64,000 nt of DNA from the IMG/VR virus record IMGVR_UViG_3300028581_000012; one strand, given 5' to 3'. The stretch comes from a virus. This document shows positions 18,851-27,740 of this stretch, piece by piece. Below the pieces are notes generated by a model, which saw only the letters and a list, made by a program, of their open reading frames with translations, did no database searches and was not told the origin of the DNA. How positions within the stretch are numbered: position 1 is the first letter of the stretch; each line of letters opens with the position of its first letter. The position numbers and the translations under genes were made by a program.

Positions 18851-19026
18851 AAAGTTAATTTTTTTGTTTCAGATATGGTATTCTTTATTTCTGACGGTTT
18901 AAACATTTTGATTTCAGATGAAAACTTTTTTTTAAGTTCGTCATTAATCTTGTTGGACTTTTTTACTTCCTCCTTCAGCGACTCCATTTCCCTCAACAAC
19001 GGATGTAAGTTTTTGTTTGGTTCCAT
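18814..19026 (-). CDS. hypothetical protein
   Basis: ORF track; C-terminal 'LWERIKQALG'. Confidence 0.6.
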   Translation of the reverse strand: MEPNKNLHPLLREMESLKEEVKKSNKINDELKKKFSSEIKMFKPSEIKNTISETKKLTLWERIKQALGMT

Positions 19027-19408
19027 TAGTATTTAAAGTTGTTAATTCGTTAGTATCAAATTTCAAAGTTCTAAGGGTATCAATATCCCCATTTTCAAAA
19101 ATACCTTTTAATTCATTCACTTTCATCTTAAAAAGTCTTTCTTTTTCTTCTCTTTCTAAATTTGTGGATATTACAGCATCAATTGTTTTTTCTACAATAT
19201 CAATTAAGGATGTGTTATTTTCACAAACAAAAGAAGTTATTGTTCTAGATTCATTATCTTGATTTTGTAAAATCTCTAATCCTTCTGGTGCCTTTTTTAA
19301 CGTAGACCACGTTGATGGGAAAATCATATCGAATGTCACATAATTTTTTAAAATCCTTACTGACCTAAGATAACTTCCCGTTTTGTTAATAAATTCACTA
19401 TAAATCAT
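18944..19408 (-). CDS. hypothetical protein
   Basis: ORF track. Confidence 0.7.
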   Translation of the reverse strand: MIYSEFINKTGSYLRSVRILKNYVTFDMIFPSTWSTLKKAPEGLEILQNQDNESRTITSFVCENNTSLIDIVEKTIDAVISTNLEREEKERLFKMKVNELKGIFENGDIDTLRTLKFDTNELTTLNTNGTKQKLTSVVEGNGVAEGGSKKVQQD

Positions 19409-19590
19409 TACAACATAATTAAATAAGTTAATACATATGATATTGATAAACCATAATATAATTGTTCATACTTTTCAAATTCATAAGGTACTGGTGGGTT
19501 AGAAAAAACAGACCTAGAAAAATTAAATATAAAACGTAGTAGTAATAATATAGTGAAAATAAAACCAAAAAGTAATAGATAATTAATCAT
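19408..19590 (-). CDS. small membrane protein
   Basis: Two hydrophobic segments. Confidence 0.65.
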   Translation of the reverse strand: MINYLLLFGFIFTILLLLRFIFNFSRSVFSNPPVPYEFEKYEQLYYGLSISYVLTYLIML

Positions 19591-19765
19591 TTTTTTCTTC
19601 CTTATTGTTATTTAAAATTTCAGTTCTTAGTTGTTGTGATAGACTTTTTAATTGTTGGCAAGTTTTTCTGGCTCTAATACCGGCAGACTTGTTTCCATTA
19701 TAAAATTTTGTGGTGTCAACTGATAATTCTTCAACTAACGCCTTGATTTGTTCTAAAGTTTCCAT
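19583..19765 (-). CDS. histone H1-like (Hc1 family) protein
   Basis: 'KFYNGNKSAGIRARK..QQLK..LR' matches Hc1/Bacteroidota histone-like pattern. Confidence 0.8.
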   Translation of the reverse strand: METLEQIKALVEELSVDTTKFYNGNKSAGIRARKTCQQLKSLSQQLRTEILNNNKEEKND

Positions 19766-19824
19766 TTATATTTTTTTATACATTTATTTTTTTTAATTTA
19801 AATACTATTAGGTGTTTGTAAATA

Positions 19825-20319
19825 TTATTGTGTCAATTTTACAGACCTTTCTAACATCTTATACAGTTCTGTAAAAATTTCAATATCAGATTTACTTTTA
19901 GGAGTTTCTAAATCAAACATGTGGTTAAAAAACTTATCAACAGTTTTTTTTATTTTTTCATCTTTTTGATTATAAAAGGTATCAAAGAAAAAACTTTCAA
20001 AAAAAACAACGTCTTTTTGATTTAGTTGAAAATCTATATTTTCTTTTTTAAAACTTTCTATTGTTTTGTTAAGACACCAATCAAAATGTTCTTTCTTTTG
20101 TTGTTCTGTCATACCTGTTTTAGTTTCTAATGAATTGTTGTTTTCTTCACCCAAGTATGTAATTTTTATTAATCCGTAAAAAGAAAAACAAAAATCTCTA
20201 AAAAGTTCAGTATATTCAGGGATGATATTGTTAGCTAAATACCAAGCAAATATATCTTCTTTTTCCATTGGTTTAGCTAACCAATCAAAAAAATTCCCCA
20301 TGTTATTAGATAATGACAT
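19825..20319 (-). CDS. hypothetical protein
   Basis: ORF track. Confidence 0.7.
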   Translation of the reverse strand: MSLSNNMGNFFDWLAKPMEKEDIFAWYLANNIIPEYTELFRDFCFSFYGLIKITYLGEENNNSLETKTGMTEQQKKEHFDWCLNKTIESFKKENIDFQLNQKDVVFFESFFFDTFYNQKDEKIKKTVDKFFNHMFDLETPKSKSDIEIFTELYKMLERSVKLTQ

Positions 20320-20359
20320 GGGGAAAATATAATATAATTTTTATGAAAATGAATTTTAA

Positions 20360-22084
20360 TTATTGTGTTTTTCTATTATATCCAATTAAACTTTTCATTT
20401 TTTCCATTTCGTTAATTACTTCACCACCGTTAACTGACTCTAATTTCATCATAATTTTATTAGCTCCTGACTCAGAACCACTTTTGTCAGACACCACAGG
20501 TTGTGGAGATTTATTATATGCCTTTTTCTTTAACTTAGCTAAATAATTATTTTTACGTACTTTATCTCTCATATCATTTACAGGAGTTTCAACAGCATTA
20601 GCCCACTTAGGGTTATTACCTGTTTCTGATGACCCTTTAAGGTATTTAGAAACTCTCTCTTCATTTGGTTCAAAAGAATCGTAATCTAAATTTTCTAAAG
20701 CCGCTGCAGTAAAGTTTGTAATATACTCATCAACAGCCTTAGATGGTACGTAAGCCATTTTATCCATTTTAGCAAGTTCTCCATTACCTTTGGGAAATCC
20801 TTTGGGTGACATTTCGTATTTACCTTTAGAACCTGTTTTAAGATAATCTTTCATTTTTTTAACAACACTATCAATATAATCCTCTTCTTGTTTTTTTGAT
20901 TGTCCAAGTGAAGATTTTAAGTATGTATCCGCTTTAGTTAATTTTTTTCTTTTTTCTTCTAATACTATTGATTCAATCAAACTAATCATTTCACTTTCTG
21001 TAAAAATTAATCTTGATTCTTCAACTTTAGCTTTACCTTTACCTGGCCAATCTTTTTTTGCTCTTTTAGCAAAATAAAGTTGTCCCATTTTTTCTCTACT
21101 TGAACTTGGTACTTTTTTACCTAACCTTTTTAATTCAGCGTTTCTTTTCTTCAATTTTTTAATTGCGGACTCTATTTCTTCAACAGACATATCGGCATAC
21201 TCACCTGTTTGTTCTACTTCAACATCTCCTTTCCATTTTTCAGTAATGTAAGATTCTTCAACAGGATATGTTTTACCACCAACTCTAAAAGTTTTATCAC
21301 CTCTTTCACGTGCTGCGGATAATGCTCCTGAAAATGCATTACCTTCTTCAACATCTTCTTCTTCTAAATCTAATTCATATAAAGTTTCTTCAACTTCTTT
21401 TTTCATAGACCTTAGAGCTTTAAAATCTGCACCTGTAATTTTTCCGTATGGTTTAGCTTTATCAATGTTTCTTCTACCATCCGTAAAACCTTCGTAGTCA
21501 TCTTCATCTAGTTTTTCACGATACTTAGTTTTGTATGATGGCATATCATCAGGAATTCTTAAATCATCTTCATCTTCCTCATCATCACCATAGTATGGAC
21601 TATACATACTTCGGTCTTTATAATCGTCGTCATGTGATGGAGCATTAAACCTTAAATCATCTTCATCTTCCTCATCATCACCATAGTATGGACTATACAT
21701 ACTTCGGTCTTTATAATCGTCGTCATGTGATGGAGCATTAAACCTTAAATCATCTTTATCAAAATCATTACCTTTTCTATCTAAACTTAATTCAAAAGTT
21801 CTATCACCCATTAAATCGTCTTTTTCTTTTCTTGACATTCTTGATAAATTTTTATTACCAAATCTTGGGTGTCCATCTTCCATACCTCCCAATTCCATCA
21901 TTTCACCATATCCTCGGTTTCCACATTCACACATTCTTCCTTCGTACATTTTACCCCCACATTCTGAGCACATTTGTTTTTTCATATCTTTATTTTCAAA
22001 TATTTTATTTTCAATATCAAAAATTCTTTTATCTATTTCTTCGGATATTAATTTTTTTGCGATATTTTTTATGTAATCGTCCAT
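20360..22084 (-). CDS. large charged protein, putative prohead core/internal head protein
   Basis: Many xxE sites, 'EEGNAF', internal 'LIFTESEM' leader-like motif, CSECG..CECG, internal tandem duplication. Confidence 0.7.
   Translation of the reverse strand: MDDYIKNIAKKLISEEIDKRIFDIENKIFENKDMKKQMCSECGGKMYEGRMCECGNRGYGEMMELGGMEDGHPRFGNKNLSRMSRKEKDDLMGDRTFELSLDRKGNDFDKDDLRFNAPSHDDDYKDRSMYSPYYGDDEEDEDDLRFNAPSHDDDYKDRSMYSPYYGDDEEDEDDLRIPDDMPSYKTKYREKLDEDDYEGFTDGRRNIDKAKPYGKITGADFKALRSMKKEVEETLYELDLEEEDVEEGNAFSGALSAARERGDKTFRVGGKTYPVEESYITEKWKGDVEVEQTGEYADMSVEEIESAIKKLKKRNAELKRLGKKVPSSSREKMGQLYFAKRAKKDWPGKGKAKVEESRLIFTESEMISLIESIVLEEKRKKLTKADTYLKSSLGQSKKQEEDYIDSVVKKMKDYLKTGSKGKYEMSPKGFPKGNGELAKMDKMAYVPSKAVDEYITNFTAAALENLDYDSFEPNEERVSKYLKGSSETGNNPKWANAVETPVNDMRDKVRKNNYLAKLKKKAYNKSPQPVVSDKSGSESGANKIMMKLESVNGGEVINEMEKMKSLIGYNRKTQ
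21558..21756. repeat. perfect 93-bp tandem duplication (2.1 copies) inside CDS
   Basis: Units start at 21558, 21651 and 21744 (partial); encodes 31-aa repeat. Confidence 0.92.
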
Positions 22085-22116
22085 ATTAATAAATATTAGG
22101 TATGAAGAAAAAAACC

Positions 22117-22686
22117 TTAAATATTATCAATAAGAATTTTTAATATTTCTTCTTCCGTTAAACCTGTTTTATATGACACGTTTAAAATTGCCTCTTTAAG
22201 TTTTGATTTTTTCTTTTTTGGAGTTTTTTTTGTTAGTTTCATACCAAAATCACCAGTCTTACTAAAATCCAATGAATTGATATCACCTTGGTTACAATAT
22301 GGAAAAGTTTTACATTTTTCTTTTGGTTTTACAAACATACCTCCAGGTAGTTGTGTTTTTTTGGATGGACCCCAATTATTAAGGTTTTTAGCCAAAAAAG
22401 ATGCCCCTTCAAAGGAACCTGAAGATGATGCACCGGTTGCTTCAGTTGCTTCAATTTTTTGAGCTTCGTCATCCTCTTCATTAAAATTTATAGCCGGTGA
22501 AAAACTTCCAGCGGAACTTGCACCCATTCCTTCTTTTGGTTCTTTTTTAATTTTCTTATATTCTTTTTTTGCCTTCGTATCTTTAGAAAATAAACTAAAT
22601 ATAGGTCTACTTATCGTTGATGACTTTTCTTGTAGGATTTCTTTAAGTGCGTTTTCTATTAACTTTTCTGGGCTTATATTTCTCAT
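22117..22686 (-). CDS. hypothetical protein (putative head protein; E-x-x-ASS-x-GSF repeats)
   Basis: 'EGMGASSAGSF', 'EATGASSSGSF'. Confidence 0.65.
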   Translation of the reverse strand: MRNISPEKLIENALKEILQEKSSTISRPIFSLFSKDTKAKKEYKKIKKEPKEGMGASSAGSFSPAINFNEEDDEAQKIEATEATGASSSGSFEGASFLAKNLNNWGPSKKTQLPGGMFVKPKEKCKTFPYCNQGDINSLDFSKTGDFGMKLTKKTPKKKKSKLKEAILNVSYKTGLTEEEILKILIDNI

Positions 22687-22688
22687 TA

Positions 22689-22940
22689 TTATAATTTTAA
22701 GTTTTTAATTGTTCCTCCCCACATACTTCTCTGTCTATAAAGTTCAAAGTAAAATTCAGTAAAAGCCTTTGCTATGTACTCAGTTATATCCCCTCTTAAC
22801 TTTCCTTTTTTAATTTCTTTTTGGATTAAATCTATCATTTGATTTTCAAACTGTTTTAATGTACTTGAATTAAAAAAGTTTTGTATCTCTTTTTTTACTA
22901 TTCTTTCAACTTCTTTTTTATCTGTTTGTGAAAGTGCCAT
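22689..22940 (-). CDS. hypothetical protein
   Basis: ORF track. Confidence 0.65.
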   Translation of the reverse strand: MALSQTDKKEVERIVKKEIQNFFNSSTLKQFENQMIDLIQKEIKKGKLRGDITEYIAKAFTEFYFELYRQRSMWGGTIKNLKL

Positions 22941-23356
22941 TACTTCATTATGCTAAATACAGTTAATGTTGTAATAAGAACACCACTAATAATTTGTGTC
23001 ATTGTATTTTTAACTTTTAATTTTTTAACTTCCTTTCTTAAATCATCGTTTTGGTCAGAAATGATTTTAAATTTTTCTTCAGTTTTATTAACTATTTCAC
23101 TACTTAATGAATCTTTTTCTTTCCAAGTTGCAATAGTTTTATCTAAAAAATATATTTTATTATTTAATTGTTTGATTTCTTCTTTATCCAACTTAGATAG
23201 TTCTTTTAGTTTATCGTATTCATTAAGGTCTAACAACATTTTTTGTGCAACACCATAAGGAATACATAATTCTGACGTATCCACTGGTTTTATTTTTTGA
23301 GTTAGTCCAACAAAACTAAATAACAATATTATGGTGAGTAAAATAATTTTTTTCAT
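22940..23356 (-). CDS. secreted/membrane coiled-coil protein (spanin-like candidate)
   Basis: Signal peptide, coiled coil, C-terminal hydrophobic tail. Confidence 0.55.
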   Translation of the reverse strand: MKKIILLTIILLFSFVGLTQKIKPVDTSELCIPYGVAQKMLLDLNEYDKLKELSKLDKEEIKQLNNKIYFLDKTIATWKEKDSLSSEIVNKTEEKFKIISDQNDDLRKEVKKLKVKNTMTQIISGVLITTLTVFSIMK

Positions 23357-23359
23357 AAT

Positions 23360-23710
23360 TTAAAAGTTATATCTTTTTCTTAACAGACTATCTATTTGTT
23401 TTTTGTCTGCATTTTTTATTTCTTCTTTTTTCTGAGTGTAATAATTATTTACCTCTTTTTTCTCAACTTTAATGTTAGATATTTTGTCATCAATTTTATC
23501 TATTTTTTGTTGATATACATTAAGTGAGTCATTCAAACTTTTTTGAAGGTTTTTTAATTCTTCAATTTTTTTATTTAATTGGTCTATTTTATACTTGTCA
23601 AGTTCTGACATTTGAGGTTTTGGTGTTGCCAAATAAACTATTAGATATAAAATTAAAATTGAAGCTATAATCCCAACAATCCATTTCCAATATTTTTTTA
23701 TATATTCCAT
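23360..23710 (-). CDS. N-terminal TM + coiled-coil protein (i-spanin-like candidate)
   Basis: Start moved to MEYIKKYWKW; TM then coiled coil. Confidence 0.55.
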   Translation of the reverse strand: MEYIKKYWKWIVGIIASILILYLIVYLATPKPQMSELDKYKIDQLNKKIEELKNLQKSLNDSLNVYQQKIDKIDDKISNIKVEKKEVNNYYTQKKEEIKNADKKQIDSLLRKRYNF

Positions 23711-23711
23711 A

Positions 23712-24245
23712 TTACTCCTCTTCTGTAAATTTAGTTTTCTTTCTTGTTGAAATAATTTTAGCCCATTTGCTTTTAAACTTTTCAAAAAATGATTTTAATT
23801 TATTTGTCAATTCAACTAGTTGTTCGTCAAGTTGTATCATATCTCCATTTATATAAACACCGTTGTTTTCTCCAATTGAATAGAAAAACTCAATGTCGGC
23901 ATCTACAATTTTACCACTCCACTGAACAGAGTTACTATATACATTTAAAACTCCAAAGTCAGAAAGGTCTGAAACTTCATTAACAAACTCTTCCATAGTT
24001 TCTTGGTACGACTGTTTTTCATCACTTGTCAATTCCAAATCTTTTTTGTCTTTTCCGTGAAGAGTTAAAAGTCCACCTGAAATTCTGTAAGTTTTACTTT
24101 TATCTTTTTTGACTTTATCAACATCAATTTCTTGGTCTTGTTCAATATTGTCTTCAATACTTTTTGCCAAATTAACAGGCCCTGTTTGTTCTTGCAAAAG
24201 TCTAGACTTTTTCAACAACATTTTTATTTCATCATATTGGTTCAT
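23712..24245 (-). CDS. hypothetical protein with leader
   Basis: ORF track. Confidence 0.7.
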   Translation of the reverse strand: MNQYDEIKMLLKKSRLLQEQTGPVNLAKSIEDNIEQDQEIDVDKVKKDKSKTYRISGGLLTLHGKDKKDLELTSDEKQSYQETMEEFVNEVSDLSDFGVLNVYSNSVQWSGKIVDADIEFFYSIGENNGVYINGDMIQLDEQLVELTNKLKSFFEKFKSKWAKIISTRKKTKFTEEE

Positions 24246-24840
24246 ATTCGTTTAATAATTTTTCAAATTTTTTAAAATCAAAAGAAGGGTTTATATCCTT
24301 ACAGTTTGATATGTGATTACTTTTAGTTGTAATTCCATTAAAGTTTTCAACACCAGGTATTTTAACATTTGTACCCGTTGTTTGTTTTTTAATGTTAAAA
24401 TCATCACATAACACATGTGTTAATAAAACCAAACTTTCAATTTGTTTTTGACTATAGCTGTCCCAAAAAAATTGTTCCCTCCATTTTTTTTCAAAAACTT
24501 TCTCTTTATAAATATCACCTATCCAGTTTAAGTGGTGTTGTTCTATTGGTATTTTTTTTAACCAAGTAAGATTCTCCAATACAATTACTATTGAGTTCTT
24601 ATCCAAACTTTCATCCCTCATATATTTTGAGTATTTGTTAGGTTCTGAAACCATAAAAATTTCACCATTTTTGTTAATAACATAGTTTGGTAGATATGGA
24701 TTTTTTTTATTATATCTATTAATAAGCGATTGTATATAATTTTTGTAAGGCCTTTTGGTATCGGCCAATATAATTTGACTTTTTTTGTCGTTTTTGGACA
24801 GGTCTTTATATTCTATTAATTTTGAAATTTCCTGTATCAT
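24232..24840 (-). CDS. N-acetylmuramoyl-L-alanine amidase (Amidase_2)-like, degenerate active site
   Basis: 'PNYVINKNGEI', 'QIESLVLL..LCDDFNI', 'KDINPSFDF'; expected HxT motif reads ADT. Confidence 0.6.
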   Translation of the reverse strand: MIQEISKLIEYKDLSKNDKKSQIILADTKRPYKNYIQSLINRYNKKNPYLPNYVINKNGEIFMVSEPNKYSKYMRDESLDKNSIVIVLENLTWLKKIPIEQHHLNWIGDIYKEKVFEKKWREQFFWDSYSQKQIESLVLLTHVLCDDFNIKKQTTGTNVKIPGVENFNGITTKSNHISNCKDINPSFDFKKFEKLLNEYEPI

Positions 24841-26017
24841 TTTTTGTGTATGAAAGTCTTCTGTTAATTACAGGTTCTATTGGTTGTATAACTTCTTGTA
24901 TGGTTTCAGTTTCAACATCTTTTTTGGGTTGTTCAATAACTTCTTCAACTATAATTTTATTTTCAACGGTATCTGGTTCATATTCATCAACAATACCATA
25001 AATGTCATCTTCATTAATGATTTCATCATTTTCTATTGATTCTTCATTTGTTTCGTAAACATTTTCATATAAATAATCAATATTTTCATCGTAGTCATCT
25101 TCGTAGATGTCTTCGTCCATAAAGTCTATGTGTTCTTCAAAAGGGTCATTTATATCCTCTTGAACTTGATGTGTTTCTTCTTTAACTTGGGGGGTAACTT
25201 GGGGGGTATCCTCTTCTTTTCTTTTTGCTTTAAACGCTTGATTTGTTGCAATTACTAACGTTATTGCCAATGGGTCAAACACAAAGATTAAAATTAGAAT
25301 GAACAGATTTGCCGTTTTTTTAATATCCCAATCTAATAACTCACTCATATATTTAATTGTTCCAAGTTCGTTACCTGATATTTCTTCAGATTCTAAATTT
25401 AACACATCTATATCCAACTTTGTAATACTGTCATTTAATGATTCTATTTTCTTTGACAATATGTCCCTATTTTGTTGGGCAACTTTTAATTGGTCCTCAA
25501 ACGCTCTTCTATTACCTGTGTTAGCGCTTGTAATAACTTGTCCTGATGTTCTATCAATAGATTGGGTGGTTGTGTTTGTTGATAGTGCGTTTCTTAAATT
25601 TGTAATGTCTTTATCTAATACTGACTTTTCGGTTTGGTGTTCTTTTTTTATTTCTTCAAACCTTTCTTTTTTTACCTCAATGTTTTTAATCTTTTTATTA
25701 TTGATTTCTAATTTTGCAATGTTTGAAGAAAACCCCGTACTTAAAAGTCCATAAATTCCTAAAGATGTGATAATTGATAAGGTTATAAGAGCTATTGTCA
25801 TATATATTTTTAAACCCCCATAAGTTTCTTTCCAATTGTCGTGAAGATAAGTGGCAATTGCAATTTTAGATAATTCCAAAAATGACCCCATAATAATCAC
25901 AGGAATGGCAACACCAATAAAAACAACTGATAACCCAACAACACTATAATACGCAGCGGTCCCTGATAATCCAATAGCACAAAATAGTAAAAACCAAGGT
26001 AACATTTTATCTTTCAT
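24806..26017 (-). CDS. multi-TM coiled-coil membrane protein with acidic tail
   Basis: Three N-terminal TMs, coiled coil, 'LIFVFDPLAITL' TM. Confidence 0.75.
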   Translation of the reverse strand: MKDKMLPWFLLFCAIGLSGTAAYYSVVGLSVVFIGVAIPVIIMGSFLELSKIAIATYLHDNWKETYGGLKIYMTIALITLSIITSLGIYGLLSTGFSSNIAKLEINNKKIKNIEVKKERFEEIKKEHQTEKSVLDKDITNLRNALSTNTTTQSIDRTSGQVITSANTGNRRAFEDQLKVAQQNRDILSKKIESLNDSITKLDIDVLNLESEEISGNELGTIKYMSELLDWDIKKTANLFILILIFVFDPLAITLVIATNQAFKAKRKEEDTPQVTPQVKEETHQVQEDINDPFEEHIDFMDEDIYEDDYDENIDYLYENVYETNEESIENDEIINEDDIYGIVDEYEPDTVENKIIVEEVIEQPKKDVETETIQEVIQPIEPVINRRLSYTKNDTGNFKINRI

Positions 26018-26051
26018 AACATCAACTATAATAGATAAATACTAAAGATAA

Positions 26052-26182
26052 ATAAAAACCCCCATTGGTACCGTGGGAGTAGTGTGGTTTCATTCTATCA
26101 TTTATGTAGAATTGAGGATTTTCACCCAAGGAGCTTCGTGTCCCATTCCGCCGAGTTGTGTGGGTAATCTCGGTTCAACCCA
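26052..26182 (-). ncRNA. putative structured RNA with H-type pseudoknot, ending in terminator-like hairpin
   Basis: GC-rich; GGGT/ACCC crossed with CCGAG/CTCGG; ends ...CCCA..TGGGGG-TTTTT. Confidence 0.4.
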
Positions 26183-26186
26183 TATT

Positions 26187-26723
26187 TTAGATATGTATCA
26201 CAATATAATTATCAATACTTTTTTGTTCAACTCTCACTCTTTCTGCATTATCTTCTTGTCTTTTAGTTTTCAAAAATTGACCATCTTTAGAAAAGGCTGA
26301 AGTGATGATATTAAAAAAATTACCATCTTTATGTAATAAAACTTCAATATAATCAAAGTTTTCTTCATCTTCATTGTTTTTTCTTTTGTGAACAAAAATG
26401 ATTTTGTTATTTTTTGGTTGTTCGTTCTCAAATGCTCCATATATTTTGTCAACATTATCACTGAAAAAATTTTTAATCATTGTATCAGGAACCGCAAATC
26501 TTGGTGGTTGTCTAAACTTCGATTTATTGGTATATAAAAAATCGTTGTATTTATCAACTATGTCTTTATATGTTTCATTTCCATGTCTTTCATTTCTTTG
26601 ATGATAAGTCGATTTCAACTGTATAAGCCTATCGTTTGAAATTGTAGAAAATATTGTAGTACCTCTAGGTTTATTATTTTCCTCGTTTAAAATAATATTC
26701 TTTAATGTAAGTAATAGTTTCAT
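26187..26723 (-). CDS. hypothetical protein with leader; possible BECR/RelE-like RNase fold
   Basis: 'STYHQRNERH' and terminal 'IITSAF' strand; start moved to MKLLL after TATTTAT. Confidence 0.55.
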   Translation of the reverse strand: MKLLLTLKNIILNEENNKPRGTTIFSTISNDRLIQLKSTYHQRNERHGNETYKDIVDKYNDFLYTNKSKFRQPPRFAVPDTMIKNFFSDNVDKIYGAFENEQPKNNKIIFVHKRKNNEDEENFDYIEVLLHKDGNFFNIITSAFSKDGQFLKTKRQEDNAERVRVEQKSIDNYIVIHI

Positions 26724-26736
26724 ACTATATAAATAC

Positions 26737-26763
26737 AAAAAGGGTGAGAAAAAACTCACCCTT
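26737..26763 (-). terminator. intrinsic terminator
   Basis: AAAGGGTGAG/CTCACCCTTT stem with U-tract. Confidence 0.75.
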
Positions 26764-26764
26764 T

Positions 26765-26882
26765 AATTTTTCAGTACGACTTGAGGATTTTAAACCCGAC
26801 ACACTAACCGCGGTGTCCCGACGACTTACGACCCCAGAAGTAAGCTTCCCGACAAACTTGAGGATATATCTCGTCGTTTGTG
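26765..26882 (-). ncRNA. putative small RNA with own promoter and terminator
   Basis: TATCTTTG -7 element at 26886-26893; GC-rich hairpins each followed by GTCGGG; terminator downstream. Confidence 0.5.
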
Positions 26883-26924
26883 ATACAAAGATAATATAAA
26901 AGTTGACATCTGCCAAACTTTTTA

Positions 26925-27740
26925 TCATAAATATTCAAATAAATCTGAACATTCATTTCTAAGTTTACGAAGAGCTTTTTCTTTGATTTGTCTAACTCTT
27001 TCTTTTGTTAGATTAAAATCCGAGCCAATATCTTCCAAAGTTCTTGGTGTTCCTGAAATACCGTAATAATCTTCAACAATTACCTTTTCTCTTGAATCCA
27101 AAACTGACATTATTTCATTCATTTTTTGTTTCAAGGTATCTTGTGTTGAAAATACTTCATCAGGTAATGACGCTCCATCATTTTTAATTACATCAATCAA
27201 AGTATCACCATCTTCGTTAATATGCATGTCCAAATCAACAATCTTTGGAAGGGATGCAAATTTAGCAGATAATTCACCATTTGTTTTTTCCAATTCTTTT
27301 TTCTCTTTGTGCATATCCTGAACAACATTGACCGGGAGTCTAATTGTTCTTGAGTTATCATTTAAAGATTGTAGAATTGATTGTTTAATCCACCAAACCG
27401 CATATGAAATGAAACGGTTATTTTTGGTCCAATCAAAATTCTTGATTGCCTTTAATAGCCCATAATTACCTTCAGCAATCAAATCAGATAAATCAATTCC
27501 TTGATTTTGATATTGTTTTGCAACGGTAATAACAAAACGTAAATTACCTTCCAAAAGTTCTTTATAGATAAGTTCTTTTTCTCTTTCTGTACAATCCCCA
27601 TCTGTAATTTTTTTTGAAAGTATCTTTTCCCTTTCAGGTGTCATTACTTTTAATTTTCGGATGTCTTTTAAGTACAGTTGAATTTCGTCTTGGTTAATTG
27701 GGTTTGTTGATTTAATTTCCTCGGTCTTCTCTTTTTCCAT
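26925..27740 (-). CDS. RNA polymerase sigma-70 family factor (RpoD/RpoS-like)
   Basis: 'NLRFVITVAKQY', 'DLIAEGNYGL', 'RFISYAVWWI', 'RTIRLP', 'TKERVRQIKEKAL'. Confidence 0.95.
   Translation of the reverse strand: MEKEKTEEIKSTNPINQDEIQLYLKDIRKLKVMTPEREKILSKKITDGDCTEREKELIYKELLEGNLRFVITVAKQYQNQGIDLSDLIAEGNYGLLKAIKNFDWTKNNRFISYAVWWIKQSILQSLNDNSRTIRLPVNVVQDMHKEKKELEKTNGELSAKFASLPKIVDLDMHINEDGDTLIDVIKNDGASLPDEVFSTQDTLKQKMNEIMSVLDSREKVIVEDYYGISGTPRTLEDIGSDFNLTKERVRQIKEKALRKLRNECSDLFEYL

Noticed and set aside
26135-26155. GGCGGAAUGGGAC resembles the 3' end of HDV-like ribozymes
   Set aside because: No upstream GUCCCA partner or P1/P3 nested arrangement found on that strand.
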